64,000 nucleotides of DNA from a virus (taxonomy: Duplodnaviria; Heunggongvirae; Uroviricota; Caudoviricetes). The position numbers and the translations under genes are program-made. Below are positions 36,338-46,703 of this stretch, one piece after another. The notes beneath the pieces are model-generated. The model saw only the letters and a program-made list of their open reading frames with translations, did no database searches and had not been told where the DNA came from. Each line of letters begins with the position of its first letter. Positions within the stretch are counted from its first letter, which is position 1. The DNA is taken from positions 60,732 through 124,731 of IMG/VR virus record IMGVR_UViG_3300037512_000782, one strand, 5' to 3'.

Positions 36338-39300
36338 ATGGCTGGACTGTTTGACTTCGAACATTATTATACCGAAAAGCAGATTAAAACTGACATCAAG
36401 CTAGATGTCAGTGATATTCCTATGAAGAGTACCGCGAGCTCGTCCGCTATGAACGAGGACGGTACGGTTGACGAAGTCAACATGAACGAACTCGTCACGA
36501 ATAACGTGATGTATCGAATTACTGGAATGACAATCCCGGCTGGCCAGCTCGACGCCAACAGCCGTATCCGTATCGTAACGAGAACCGCCGATCCAGAATC
36601 AGATTTCTATACAGACAACAGCTATTATCTGGCCATTGGATATCCGCTTGACGACTTGGTTGAAAGCGGTATTTATGCCATACCGGAATCGCGCTCGGTA
36701 ATTCAAGATTTCACTCTCACCGTTGGTATGGCAGTTGATAATGTATCTCTGCAAGACATTCGACTTTGTACCGAAAATGCATCTGGGGTCGTAGAAACTC
36801 CAGTTGCTGCGCTTACGCTTTCTGTCACGCCGCGTTTCCGTTATATGAACAAGGGCCGTTCGACCATCGACTTGTCATTGACCGATGCGGTCGACCAGAA
36901 CTTCTGGCATCAAGAAGGAAGTCATTTCTTGAATACGATGGCGTTCAACGCGGTCGGCTTTATGGGAGGACTCTACAAGTCGTCGAAATGGCTCACCAAG
37001 CAGTCCGAAGGCCGTACGTCCGCCGTTTACCAGTATGATTCGTTTGTCAAGATGATCAACAATCTTGGCAAGACCGCCAAGGAGAACAATCTTGGTATCA
37101 AGACGGTATTCTATGACACGTCATTCGCAAACCCAGTTACTAGAACGAAGGGCATGTCAAACTGGCAGTACATGGTTGCCTTGTACAAGGCAGACTGGAC
37201 TCGTACCGACATCAGCAAGAGCGCCAAGGTGAAGGACGTATATGGCAACGAGGTGACTAAGTTTGTAGATAAGTGCCGTACGCAGCAGTCGGATCCGCTT
37301 CCAGATATTAGCGGCGACGGTGCTACCGCGCTGATTCCTACCGTGTCGGATGTTTTCAAGAAACTGTACACTAGCAAGGAAGATTTGGCAAGCGAATTTA
37401 CTAACAAGTTCATTGATGCCTACAAGAGCTTGACAAGCATTGCTGGAGTTAGGCCGTTCATGTCTGGTGCGCTGAAGCGAAAGCTCGACAATGCTAGGTA
37501 TGCGCTTCGCAAGCTTGGTGAAGGTACGCCGCAGATGATGCTCGACTTGGCTTCGTGCCGTAACTTGCTGGCACTATTTGATTCGGAAGGCTACATCCAT
37601 CATCGCTTTGATCCGAGTGTCCAGTATCCTACCAACCCTACAAAGGCTAACCAAAACCGCGACTACGACCACGGTGTCCGTATGGTGGCCCAGTGGGGCG
37701 GCCAAGTAAACCTGGTCACTGGTTTCAATGGCACACTGACACAAGGTCATGTGGCTGTCGCCGATGCTCAATATTATGAAAAGGCGTCGTATTCTAGTGC
37801 GCTGACGTATGCTACTGCATCTGACCCTAGATGCCGCAACTGGCAAATATCGTCTTCTGAAATGACCGTGGCTGACATCAAGAATACCTTGTGCGAATAT
37901 TTCGGTGGCATGTACAACAAGCGAAATGATGTCGAGGAAGGCGAAGAAGGATATACCAGATGGTGGTACGATTCCGAGCAAAATCCTCCGTATCGACTCG
38001 AAATTACATATAAGGACACCGACGACTCGATGAAGACCCAAGAAGTGGGTATTGCCGACTATCAAGCTGGTATTGACACAAGTAATATCCAGTCAGTCGC
38101 TAACCTTATCGCAGCGGCTAAACGCGGCGATACCCTTATCCTTTATACGGGAACTTCAAGGGCGTTTGTCGACGTCGTGATGAGAGAAATAGCCACACTG
38201 ATTATGGCGAAGAATAGTTCGCTTTCGTTCGGATCTGATGCGTTCTATGAATGGAACGGAACTTACGCTTCCTTGACTGATAGCACGAACATCTTGGTTG
38301 CTGAATGGGAAGCTGCGTCGACGGCTGGGACTGTCGAAAACTTTAGGGATTTCTATCCGTCGTATATGGTGCTTGATGATCTTGGGGATTCTACTACCTA
38401 TACCATCAACCAGTGCGTTACATTGTCTGAAGACGTGATGGGTGACGCGCTTGACGAAATTGACAATATTTTGTCCGTACAAGGACTGTTCTTCGGCCCA
38501 GCGTTTCTGCTGCTGCAGAAACTGAGACTGCGTGGAGCCAATAGCGATTATGACGAGCTGATGGATATTATCAACCGTATCCGTTGGTATCAGATGTATA
38601 CCCATGAATCGGTATTCGATAACAAGACCTACATTGGTAATCGGCTGCCTTACAATTCGACGAACACGCCGTATGTATTTATGCCAGCTCGTTTCTTGGT
38701 TCCGGTGCAGATGTATAAGCGCGTCCGTGTTCGGTATAAGCGCTGGGGACGTACTCGACACAAGATGGTGAAGCGTTCTATAGGAGTTCGCTGGTGCGAA
38801 GTGACATTTGTCGATAACGATGTCTACGAGGCATATCCTCCTAACAGCGAGGAACCGAAGCAGTTTTATCCGATTGGAAAGAATGCGACGGTGACGACTA
38901 ACAACTCGGCAAGCGTCTTTACATTCGATTCTCCGATAGAAGGAGATACGACGGACTTGATAAGTGTCGGTAAGGTTACAAAGTTCAAGACTGGTACTTT
39001 GCTGCTGGTCAATGCGGACGGTATCGAAGTCGACGTATCGATTGACAGTGCGTCCAAGTTCACTGCCGATTATGTTGTCGAAGGAATTAGCGGCAGCGTG
39101 TTCGTTGTCGGTATCTATGTGCCGCTTGAGAATACGGCGAAGTCTGACGAACGCACGAAGGTTCGTGTCGAATACAAGATGCCGTACATTCCGTATGACG
39201 CTGAACTCCGTCGTTGGGCATTCATGCAGTATGGCGCGTTCGACCAAGACATCTACGCAAGCGAGACTCGTGAAGTTCCAGCAATTCCAGAAGAAAAGAC

Positions 39301-41008
39301 TCCCGGCTGGGTCATCTTCAAGCCGACATCGAAGCGTATCGGCGACATGCAAGCAAGCATGGGTATTTACGACGCCGTGTCTATTTTGATGGGTATTCTC
39401 CGCAATACGTTCGGATCGGCTTGTGTCGAGCTGGTTGAAACTATGCGCTCTGTTGAAGACCAAGAACTCATCAGTTCTGGTGGCGGTGAAAGCGCGTTCT
39501 TGTCTTGGCATAACTACGGCCTTGCCGCAAAGATTTTGATTAACGATCCGAGCACTGGTATGCCTATCGAAGACGGCAGTGACGACTTTATGAAGTTGAT
39601 CGACGTCGCCGAGGCGTTTACTGAAGCTTGCTATAACGGCGCGTTCGGAAAGCCGCTTAATGTCGTGTGGTGTGGCCGTCTGAAGATTGGTGCGAATAAC
39701 TTTGTATGGGAATTCTTGCCGATTGGCGTTGGCCACAAGGATGCAATCAAGTTCCGCGAAGCCTTGCTGAATCAAGAAGACCCGGTGGCTAGCCTTGGGT
39801 ATGTCGATGTTGATGCGAACAAGCTCGTGTACAAGAGCCGTCCGACTGAAAAGGTTCCTTACATCTTGTCGTCCAGCTCGTCCTACAAGAATGCGATTGT
39901 AATTAACGGACACCACTATGTAAGTCCGCGCAATATCCGCAATTACGTGACGCCGCATGACTTAGTTCTGATGAACATTATCGAGTTCTGCAACCTTATC
40001 AAGACGAAGATGCAAGCTAATGGCTCCTCGCTTAACAACCGTGCCAGCATGTACGAGTGGAAGTCACTTAATGACCGTGCATACAAGCAGCTTCTTCTCT
40101 ACTATGGATTGACTGGAAGCATCAATGCGGCTCGCGCTCTCGTAAGTGGCGAGTACGTCGAGACTTACAAGGATATCGTAGACCGCAAGTACAGCGAGGA
40201 CTTGGTCGAAATGGTCAAGGACTTCTTGGGCAACTTGTATTCCGAAGCGAAGGTGTATGTCGAGGATGCCGCCGATGGCGGTGCTTGGCTGTCCCTCAAC
40301 GACGGTAAGCTCCACTTGAAGACGACCGACATCCGACCAATATATGACCAGAAGTCGAAGGACAACTTCTTCGGCGAAAAGATTGCGCCGCTTGAATGTA
40401 CTGAACGCGGTCTCTATGTTGATGGCGTGTTCAAGACTGAAGCTGAACTGGAAGCGATGGGCTATCAGCTTGAACGAGTTAGCGACCGCAGCTTTATCGA
40501 CGGTTTCAAGGACGGCAAGGTTGTCGGCGACGACGCGCTTCTGTTGCATTCGCTCGTGGCTACCCAGATCAAGGAAGAATTCGACAAGCTGCGCGAGCTG
40601 TTCGAGAACTATGGTGGCAGTATCATGTACGACCACTTTGCTGACGGCCCGAATGCGTCCATGGCCGACATGGTGGAAAACGAGTTCGGCTTGATTTCTG
40701 GACAAGACTTGATCGGTTTCGACGAACTTCGTGCCATCTTCAAGCAGAAGAATATCGAGGATAACGCTGGCAAGTTCTCTGACGGTTCCACGAAGGGCGC
40801 TGGCGGCGTCGGCAGTTCTGGCAGTATGAGCGGCGACATCTTCGAAAAGGTCGTGTCAAATGCTGAACTGGCTGGTGTACGTAAGGCCAGCTTGACCAAG
40901 GAGCACATCAATGTGACCGTCCAGCAAGGCACGATGACTACAGAGCAGCTGTACCGTGCCATCATGAAGGGTACGATGACCCAGGCTAACGACATGTTCA
41001 GCAAATAG
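36338..41008 (+). CDS. large virion protein with degenerate peptidase M15-like domain
   Basis: 1556 aa; ETMRSVEDQ...SWHNYGLAAKI...WCG resembles the M15 R-S-x3-Q / SxHxxGxAxD / WGG motifs. Confidence 0.7.
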   Translation: MAGLFDFEHYYTEKQIKTDIKLDVSDIPMKSTASSSAMNEDGTVDEVNMNELVTNNVMYRITGMTIPAGQLDANSRIRIVTRTADPESDFYTDNSYYLAIGYPLDDLVESGIYAIPESRSVIQDFTLTVGMAVDNVSLQDIRLCTENASGVVETPVAALTLSVTPRFRYMNKGRSTIDLSLTDAVDQNFWHQEGSHFLNTMAFNAVGFMGGLYKSSKWLTKQSEGRTSAVYQYDSFVKMINNLGKTAKENNLGIKTVFYDTSFANPVTRTKGMSNWQYMVALYKADWTRTDISKSAKVKDVYGNEVTKFVDKCRTQQSDPLPDISGDGATALIPTVSDVFKKLYTSKEDLASEFTNKFIDAYKSLTSIAGVRPFMSGALKRKLDNARYALRKLGEGTPQMMLDLASCRNLLALFDSEGYIHHRFDPSVQYPTNPTKANQNRDYDHGVRMVAQWGGQVNLVTGFNGTLTQGHVAVADAQYYEKASYSSALTYATASDPRCRNWQISSSEMTVADIKNTLCEYFGGMYNKRNDVEEGEEGYTRWWYDSEQNPPYRLEITYKDTDDSMKTQEVGIADYQAGIDTSNIQSVANLIAAAKRGDTLILYTGTSRAFVDVVMREIATLIMAKNSSLSFGSDAFYEWNGTYASLTDSTNILVAEWEAASTAGTVENFRDFYPSYMVLDDLGDSTTYTINQCVTLSEDVMGDALDEIDNILSVQGLFFGPAFLLLQKLRLRGANSDYDELMDIINRIRWYQMYTHESVFDNKTYIGNRLPYNSTNTPYVFMPARFLVPVQMYKRVRVRYKRWGRTRHKMVKRSIGVRWCEVTFVDNDVYEAYPPNSEEPKQFYPIGKNATVTTNNSASVFTFDSPIEGDTTDLISVGKVTKFKTGTLLLVNADGIEVDVSIDSASKFTADYVVEGISGSVFVVGIYVPLENTAKSDERTKVRVEYKMPYIPYDAELRRWAFMQYGAFDQDIYASETREVPAIPEEKTPGWVIFKPTSKRIGDMQASMGIYDAVSILMGILRNTFGSACVELVETMRSVEDQELISSGGGESAFLSWHNYGLAAKILINDPSTGMPIEDGSDDFMKLIDVAEAFTEACYNGAFGKPLNVVWCGRLKIGANNFVWEFLPIGVGHKDAIKFREALLNQEDPVASLGYVDVDANKLVYKSRPTEKVPYILSSSSSYKNAIVINGHHYVSPRNIRNYVTPHDLVLMNIIEFCNLIKTKMQANGSSLNNRASMYEWKSLNDRAYKQLLLYYGLTGSINAARALVSGEYVETYKDIVDRKYSEDLVEMVKDFLGNLYSEAKVYVEDAADGGAWLSLNDGKLHLKTTDIRPIYDQKSKDNFFGEKIAPLECTERGLYVDGVFKTEAELEAMGYQLERVSDRSFIDGFKDGKVVGDDALLLHSLVATQIKEEFDKLRELFENYGGSIMYDHFADGPNASMADMVENEFGLISGQDLIGFDELRAIFKQKNIEDNAGKFSDGSTKGAGGVGSSGSMSGDIFEKVVSNAELAGVRKASLTKEHINVTVQQGTMTTEQLYRAIMKGTMTQANDMFSK

Positions 41009-41014
41009 AAAACT

Positions 41015-41022
41015 GATAAACT
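41015..41022 (+). promoter_or_regulatory. putative late promoter GATAAACT
   Basis: recurrent motif 25 nt before ATG 41048. Confidence 0.65.
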
Positions 41023-41047
41023 GCGTACAAACACTTTTCGGTGATTT

Positions 41048-42631
41048 ATGTCCGCACGTTTGCTCATTAAGAAATATACTGGTAAAGATGGCGACTTCGG
41101 AACTCCGGTGTCGTCTATCGGTCTGAAGCGCGTTGATACGTGTGTACCTTCGGTGTATAGTTCAGCGGCGCTTGAAAATACTGGCCATACCGTTCCAGCC
41201 GACGATGCTTCCGAAGCTGGTGCCTATTGCGTGTACCGTCCGGACAATCCAGAGTGCTATTCGTACTCTATGGAAAGCGTTTTCAAGATTCATCTTATCA
41301 AAGCTCCAGATATCCAATTAAGCAACATTCGACTCTATCCTATCGGAGAAAGGCCAACATCACCAACTGCCGCGAAACTTTATATAGGCAACTCGATATC
41401 CTATAGCCGCCCAACAGACCAGAAATCCCAAATTGCTCTCAACGATATCTGGAACTATTCTAAGGAGCACCCTTTTTATCTGACCGTCGCTGGTCTTTAT
41501 GGCCAAGTGCCAGATCCTCGTCTTAGCCAAGAGCAATATACGGTCGAGTACAAGGACTGCGGTTTCGGAAACCTTATCTACATCAACGGCGACCGCCAAC
41601 CTACATTAACGGTTGCGACTCGAACCCACGGTGACGAAGCCATTGTCTACACGTTCGAGAACAAGTCTGGGTTCCCGATCGAGAACTTTATTGAATTTAT
41701 CCCGGTGTCACACGATAAGCCGACGTTGGAAGACGCGAAACCGCTTGGCGAACCATACGTTTACCACCCAGCAATCTGTGATGCGAATGGACAAGCGACT
41801 AGTGAAACTGATCCGACAAAGATTTGCCTTGTCGTTCTCGATCCGTCGTATCGTTCAGAACAACATCCAGATGGTCTTGACTTGATTCGTGACTATCCGT
41901 ATGGATTGATCTACAAGCGCCCAGCTGACGAACACCGTTCCAATTTCGGTACTGGCGGCGCTATCCAGATGGTGTACCTCTACAACGGACAGCCGGGAAC
42001 CTATGGCGAGAATAATCCAGCCTACGTACCGACCGAGTGGCACAATACCACTATCGACGAGAATGGCAACGTGACGACCAATGACAACGTCGATTCTCCG
42101 TTCAAGGACTCTGGCAAGCCGACGTTCTCTTTTGATGTTGTCGTTGAGAATGACAACTTCGGCCATACGAGCTATGTCATCAACGGCGTCCGCCGTCCGA
42201 TGCTGAATTTCGATCTGAACGCCGTCTATGTATTCCATAACCGTTCTGGCGCAAGCTTCCCAATGCGCTTTATCGGCAATCCGTTCTCGCCGATTGCCAA
42301 CTTCATCAACGACGTAGTCGTGGACGGAGTTATTGTCGCCAACGGAGCTACGAACGACGAAACCATTTATGTAGACCCAGAGGCCGTCTTAAAGGCTGGT
42401 AAGAAGATCAATGCCTACCAGTGTGTAACGGCACCAGAATTGGGCAGTTTTGTCCATAATGTGCCTCTGTGTATGTGCGGAAACTACAATTTGTGCCGTG
42501 TCGACGGCGGTATCTACAATCCTCTGAAGGCTGGCGAGACCGACTATGTGTACTTGCAGCTTGAAGTTGGTGGCAATGCCGATCCTGGCTATTGCGTACC
42601 GGATATCCAAATCGAGTACGACGAAAATTAG
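41048..42631 (+). CDS. putative virion structural protein
   Basis: 527 aa; two copies of an ING-x-R-x-P-x-L...Y-x-F-x-N-(K/R)-S-G motif; late motif upstream. Confidence 0.7.
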   Translation: MSARLLIKKYTGKDGDFGTPVSSIGLKRVDTCVPSVYSSAALENTGHTVPADDASEAGAYCVYRPDNPECYSYSMESVFKIHLIKAPDIQLSNIRLYPIGERPTSPTAAKLYIGNSISYSRPTDQKSQIALNDIWNYSKEHPFYLTVAGLYGQVPDPRLSQEQYTVEYKDCGFGNLIYINGDRQPTLTVATRTHGDEAIVYTFENKSGFPIENFIEFIPVSHDKPTLEDAKPLGEPYVYHPAICDANGQATSETDPTKICLVVLDPSYRSEQHPDGLDLIRDYPYGLIYKRPADEHRSNFGTGGAIQMVYLYNGQPGTYGENNPAYVPTEWHNTTIDENGNVTTNDNVDSPFKDSGKPTFSFDVVVENDNFGHTSYVINGVRRPMLNFDLNAVYVFHNRSGASFPMRFIGNPFSPIANFINDVVVDGVIVANGATNDETIYVDPEAVLKAGKKINAYQCVTAPELGSFVHNVPLCMCGNYNLCRVDGGIYNPLKAGETDYVYLQLEVGGNADPGYCVPDIQIEYDEN

Positions 42632-42699
42632 AAAATGTGACCATTATATAAACTATTCGGAAATTCGGGCCAGACTGGCTCAATGAAAGGACTTTCAAT

Positions 42700-44421
42700 A
42701 TGCAGAACAACGCAACAATCCAACAGAAGGCTATGCAGGACATCTTCGCACTTGACGAAGCTGTAGGCCAGTTTGAATCATTCGGTAGCCAGCTGGACTT
42801 GGGCTTGCCGACCGAAGAAGATGACGCTCCAAAGTCGTTCGACGACATGCTCGAAGTCAATCCGAGCAATGAACCGATGGAATTTGGTGAAAATTTCATG
42901 AGCGAAGGCGACGACATGGCTGACAAGCAGACCCAGAAGTTCGTGGTCGATGAATTTGCTAAAGAAGCCGCAAAGCTTCCGGATGGCAACATCAGCGCCG
43001 CTGACATCACTGGTATCTCGGCCATTATCCAGATGAACAATCACATCACTGGTGACGTTCGTTCTTTCATTGACCAGACTATCAATCATGCTGTTCAGGC
43101 TCAACAGCAACAGAACGTTTCCGACGCACAGCCGAACGGTACGGTTGCCCAGGATATCGCCAAGACTGGCGACAATGCTGGTGCCGACGTTGGTGCTGAA
43201 GCTCCGATCGATGGCGGCATTCCGACCATGGATCCGGTTGATCCGACTGCTGAACCGTCTCTCGAAACCAATCCGGCTGACGGCCTTGACGCAAGCATGA
43301 CGGCTGACGTTGGCGATCCGCTCGCCGACATGACTGATCCGCTTGCTGCCGACCCAGCTGCTGCACCAGCTGCTGAAGAAGATCCGCTCGCCGACATGAC
43401 CGATCCGCTTGCTGCCGACCCAGCTGCTGCACCAGCTGCTGAAGAAGATCCGCTTGCTGGCATGGACGCTGGTCTTGAAGGTGACGCTCCAGCCGCCGAC
43501 GCTGGTGAACCAGCTGCTGCTGAAGGTGACGCCGATCTTGACGGTTTCCTTGATGATGACGGCGACGCCTCCGCCTCCGCTGATGAAGGCAAGGTCGCTG
43601 ACGACAAGTCGGACGATAAGTCTGAGGACAAGTCTGAGGATAAGTCCGATGACAAGTCTGAAAGCAAGGACGACGACAACGATGAAGACTTCAATTTCGA
43701 AGCTATCGCTACCAAGGCTCGCGGTCTTATGGAAGACCAGACAGCCGCTGAAGTTCCAGTTGACGCTTCTGCCGTTGACGCTGGTAGCGAACAAGGTGCA
43801 AATGCAGCTGTCGAAGATGTTGGCGGCGATACGGCTAGCACCGACGAACCAGCTATGGAATGTGGTGCCGCTGCCGCCGATGATGCCGAAGCTCGTGTGG
43901 AATCAATCGTGAGCGACACTCGCATGAAGATGGCTGTTGCACAAGCAAAGGCTGTACTTGAATCTTATCACCAAGAACGTGAACGTTCCAACACTCTCGC
44001 CAAGCTCGACAGCGTCGTGAGCAACCTCAAGCAGAAGGTGCTGACTGAATCTATCGTTGCTGACTACGGTAAGAAGTCTAAGGAACGCGCACAGCTCGAA
44101 TCCGCCGTTGAAGCTATCTACAACGAACCGGAAGCTACCCCAGCTCCGTCCGTATTCGAAGCTACTATGGATCGCATCAATTCCGCCCTTTCTGCCAAGA
44201 AGCCGTCCATCGCGGCTGAAGCTGACAAGGTGATCGCTGAATTCGAAGCCTCCCAAGCAGCTGCCAAGAAGGCTCTCAACGAAAGCGTTGAAGCTCCGAA
44301 GGCTGATCCGAAGCAAGCTCGCATCGATTCTCTCCTCGAAGGCGCTGCACACGCTGCAGCTGCTACGAGCGACATCGACCAGCAGCTCAAGGACATTGTG
44401 AACCAAGTGAAGAATTCCTAA
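42700..44421 (+). CDS. highly acidic Ala-rich protein, candidate prohead core/scaffold or internal protein
   Basis: strong codon bias; TATAAACT at 42647-54; many L/V/F-x-E-S/A sites; AAGGA RBS. Confidence 0.75.
   Translation: MQNNATIQQKAMQDIFALDEAVGQFESFGSQLDLGLPTEEDDAPKSFDDMLEVNPSNEPMEFGENFMSEGDDMADKQTQKFVVDEFAKEAAKLPDGNISAADITGISAIIQMNNHITGDVRSFIDQTINHAVQAQQQQNVSDAQPNGTVAQDIAKTGDNAGADVGAEAPIDGGIPTMDPVDPTAEPSLETNPADGLDASMTADVGDPLADMTDPLAADPAAAPAAEEDPLADMTDPLAADPAAAPAAEEDPLAGMDAGLEGDAPAADAGEPAAAEGDADLDGFLDDDGDASASADEGKVADDKSDDKSEDKSEDKSDDKSESKDDDNDEDFNFEAIATKARGLMEDQTAAEVPVDASAVDAGSEQGANAAVEDVGGDTASTDEPAMECGAAAADDAEARVESIVSDTRMKMAVAQAKAVLESYHQERERSNTLAKLDSVVSNLKQKVLTESIVADYGKKSKERAQLESAVEAIYNEPEATPAPSVFEATMDRINSALSAKKPSIAAEADKVIAEFEASQAAAKKALNESVEAPKADPKQARIDSLLEGAAHAAAATSDIDQQLKDIVNQVKNS
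43315..43460 (+). repeat. 66-nt tandem repeat (DPLADMTDPLAADPAAAPAAEE, about 2.2 copies)
   Basis: units start at 43315, 43381 and 43447. Confidence 0.9.
43600..43661 (+). repeat. 12-nt tandem repeat (D/E)DKS x5
   Basis: GA(C/G/T)GA(C/T)AAGTCN units. Confidence 0.8.
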
Positions 44422-44442
44422 TCTCCATATTGTTCTCCTGAA

Positions 44443-44474
44443 GGGGCCGTCGCGAAAGCGGCGGCTTCTTTTTT
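44443..44474 (+). terminator. intrinsic terminator
   Basis: GGGGCCGTCGC-GAAA-GCGGCGGCTTC followed by T-tract. Confidence 0.8.
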
Positions 44475-44523
44475 GTCCTTTTAGGCTAATTTAGGAAACG
44501 GAAACTGATAAACTGCATTCGTC

Positions 44524-46695
44524 ATGAATAACGGTCATTTTGCAGGTCGAATTAAGAAGTTCGTAGAGGATGCCGTCGAGAAGGCGAAGGGAACCGAGGG
44601 GCAGCTTTACAAGATAATGAACGCCCATGGGTTCTACGACGTCGCCGACGAGAACAACGGACTCACAAATTGGCAACGCGCCAGCGTACCAAGTTATAAT
44701 CAGCACCGTATTTCTGAAATGTGCGACGCAATTGCAGAAATGATCGGCGACATGCTGAGTAACGAGGAATACGGTATCTTGTACCCAAACCTCGATGATG
44801 TTGTTGGTAAGCTTGACCTCAATGCGACTAAGACTGCATCTGAAATGCAAGTTGTCCGTGGCGCATTGGCTCCATTGACCTTCGGCCAATCCGAAACCGC
44901 AATGCAGTCGATGGGTCAGCTGACTGCCGTCCTCATGGGCGGATTTGCCTTCGACCCGGACATCTTGCCGCCTATCGCGTTGAATATTCCAGGACTTCCG
45001 TTGACCTTCGCTAACGCTTATCCGAAAGGTTCGTTTCCGGCTGACTGGACTTTCCTTTATGACCACGAGACCGTTAAGTCGAAAAAGTTTTATGAGGCTG
45101 ATGACGGCGGCATCGCTATCGGTGCCAATATCAAGCTGAACTTGGGCCAGTCCAGACAACAGATCTTGAAGCTCGTGTTCTCTGTGCCAGATGTTGACGA
45201 GAACGGCATGACTAAGGGTGATGCCATCGGCGGCCTTTCTCCAGACGAATTTAACAAGATGTTCGATATTTCGGACAAGACTTATTCGGAGGCGGCATCG
45301 GCTGAATCATCAAAGGACACTATCGAGAATTTTGAACTCGATGACGACCAGATGCAGCTTGCGTTCTTCCGCTACATCCAGCTTACCTTGTGGGGCGCAA
45401 TCAAGAACCCAGACAACTGGGCTTATCTGCACTGGGGATGCCTTACGCACAACTCATGCCCAAGCGCTGTGAAGACTGCAATCTGCAGCTTTATACATAC
45501 AAATGGTTTCGCCGTCGATCCGAAAATTTGCCCAGAAGCTGGATTGATTTCATATTGCGTGAACATGGGCATGGCTTATCTGACCGGAAGGACGAAGCCA
45601 GTATACATGTTCATATTGCCAGACATGACATATCTGGATGACAAGAATCAGAAGGTCACGGCCACTGCGGCGCTTGGCTGGAGCAGCAACAACAATGGAG
45701 TCCCAGTCGACAAGAAACTGGCCAATTTGCACTTCACTCTTGCTGCCGATATCTTGTCCCACTTGACCTATGACACGAATCCTAACCGCGTCGAATTGCG
45801 AAAGCGCCGTGTCGACGAAGCCAACTTGATCTACAAGTATGTTGGCTTGCCGACGATGAAGTTCAAGGATACCTTGATTCCTTCTGAACTGGCCGCTAAC
45901 GCGATGGAAAAGCGTGGATTACTTTATCTGGTCAAGGGTACAATCAAGGTTTACGAAAACAAGAACTCGACGCTTCCTTTGTCCGATGCCAACTTCAAGA
46001 TTGTCAATCAGGCGGAAAAGGGCGCGAACGAACTATCCGACATTACCGTCAAGACCATCAAGTACATTCTCGCGAAGGCTGGCCTTCCGGGAATCGTCGT
46101 GACTTCCGTGTACCGTTCTCCAGAAGCGCAGACACGCGCAATGTTCAACAACCGTCAGAACCACGACGGCGGAATCGCCGTTAACTATGCGGCAAAGGGC
46201 CGTGCAGTTGACCAGTGCTATACAGACGTGTCTAAACAGTATTATCACGGACACAAGATTACTGATCCAGCGCACCAGAAGCAAGCCAAGGACGCCATGC
46301 AAGCCAAGTGCCAAGAATTTCTTGACAAAGGTACGCCAGTTTCGAACCACGGTTACGACCAGACGAAGCTGCAAGCAGTCGACATGGGCCCAAAGAGCAG
46401 CAAGGCTTATTTCAGGTTCACCGACGAACAGATGCGAAAGATGAATACGGCTTGCTGGGATGCGTACCAAGAAGGATATCTGAAGATTTACTTGGGCCCA
46501 GAAGAATATGGCGGCCCGAAGGTCAAAGACCCGGCGTTCCACATCGAAGTGTGGCAAGACAGCAAGCACAAGCACCCAGAAGGTTTCGGCTCGCAGCCAG
46601 CTCCTCCGAGCGTCGACTGCAAGGTGCTTGACGAGAACTTGAAGAACAAGAACACGTGGGACTTGGTTTATGTCCACGACCAGACGCTGGCATAG
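44524..46695 (+). CDS. putative virion-associated peptidoglycan hydrolase (lysozyme-like plus peptidase M15-like domains)
   Basis: GGIAIGANIKL...LRKRRVDEANLI (muramidase-like); VTSVYRSPEAQ...SNH...AVDM...FHIEV (M15); late motif at 44507-14. Confidence 0.65.
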   Translation: MNNGHFAGRIKKFVEDAVEKAKGTEGQLYKIMNAHGFYDVADENNGLTNWQRASVPSYNQHRISEMCDAIAEMIGDMLSNEEYGILYPNLDDVVGKLDLNATKTASEMQVVRGALAPLTFGQSETAMQSMGQLTAVLMGGFAFDPDILPPIALNIPGLPLTFANAYPKGSFPADWTFLYDHETVKSKKFYEADDGGIAIGANIKLNLGQSRQQILKLVFSVPDVDENGMTKGDAIGGLSPDEFNKMFDISDKTYSEAASAESSKDTIENFELDDDQMQLAFFRYIQLTLWGAIKNPDNWAYLHWGCLTHNSCPSAVKTAICSFIHTNGFAVDPKICPEAGLISYCVNMGMAYLTGRTKPVYMFILPDMTYLDDKNQKVTATAALGWSSNNNGVPVDKKLANLHFTLAADILSHLTYDTNPNRVELRKRRVDEANLIYKYVGLPTMKFKDTLIPSELAANAMEKRGLLYLVKGTIKVYENKNSTLPLSDANFKIVNQAEKGANELSDITVKTIKYILAKAGLPGIVVTSVYRSPEAQTRAMFNNRQNHDGGIAVNYAAKGRAVDQCYTDVSKQYYHGHKITDPAHQKQAKDAMQAKCQEFLDKGTPVSNHGYDQTKLQAVDMGPKSSKAYFRFTDEQMRKMNTACWDAYQEGYLKIYLGPEEYGGPKVKDPAFHIEVWQDSKHKHPEGFGSQPAPPSVDCKVLDENLKNKNTWDLVYVHDQTLA

Positions 46696-46703
46696 GAGTA
46701 GTT

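Noticed and set aside
38156-39958. 600-aa antisense ORF (also 26325..27650, 49529..50857, 55145..56587, 42778..43794 and similar)
   Set aside because: Fully overlap well-supported genes on the opposite strand; explained by sense-strand codon bias; no RBS or motifs noticed
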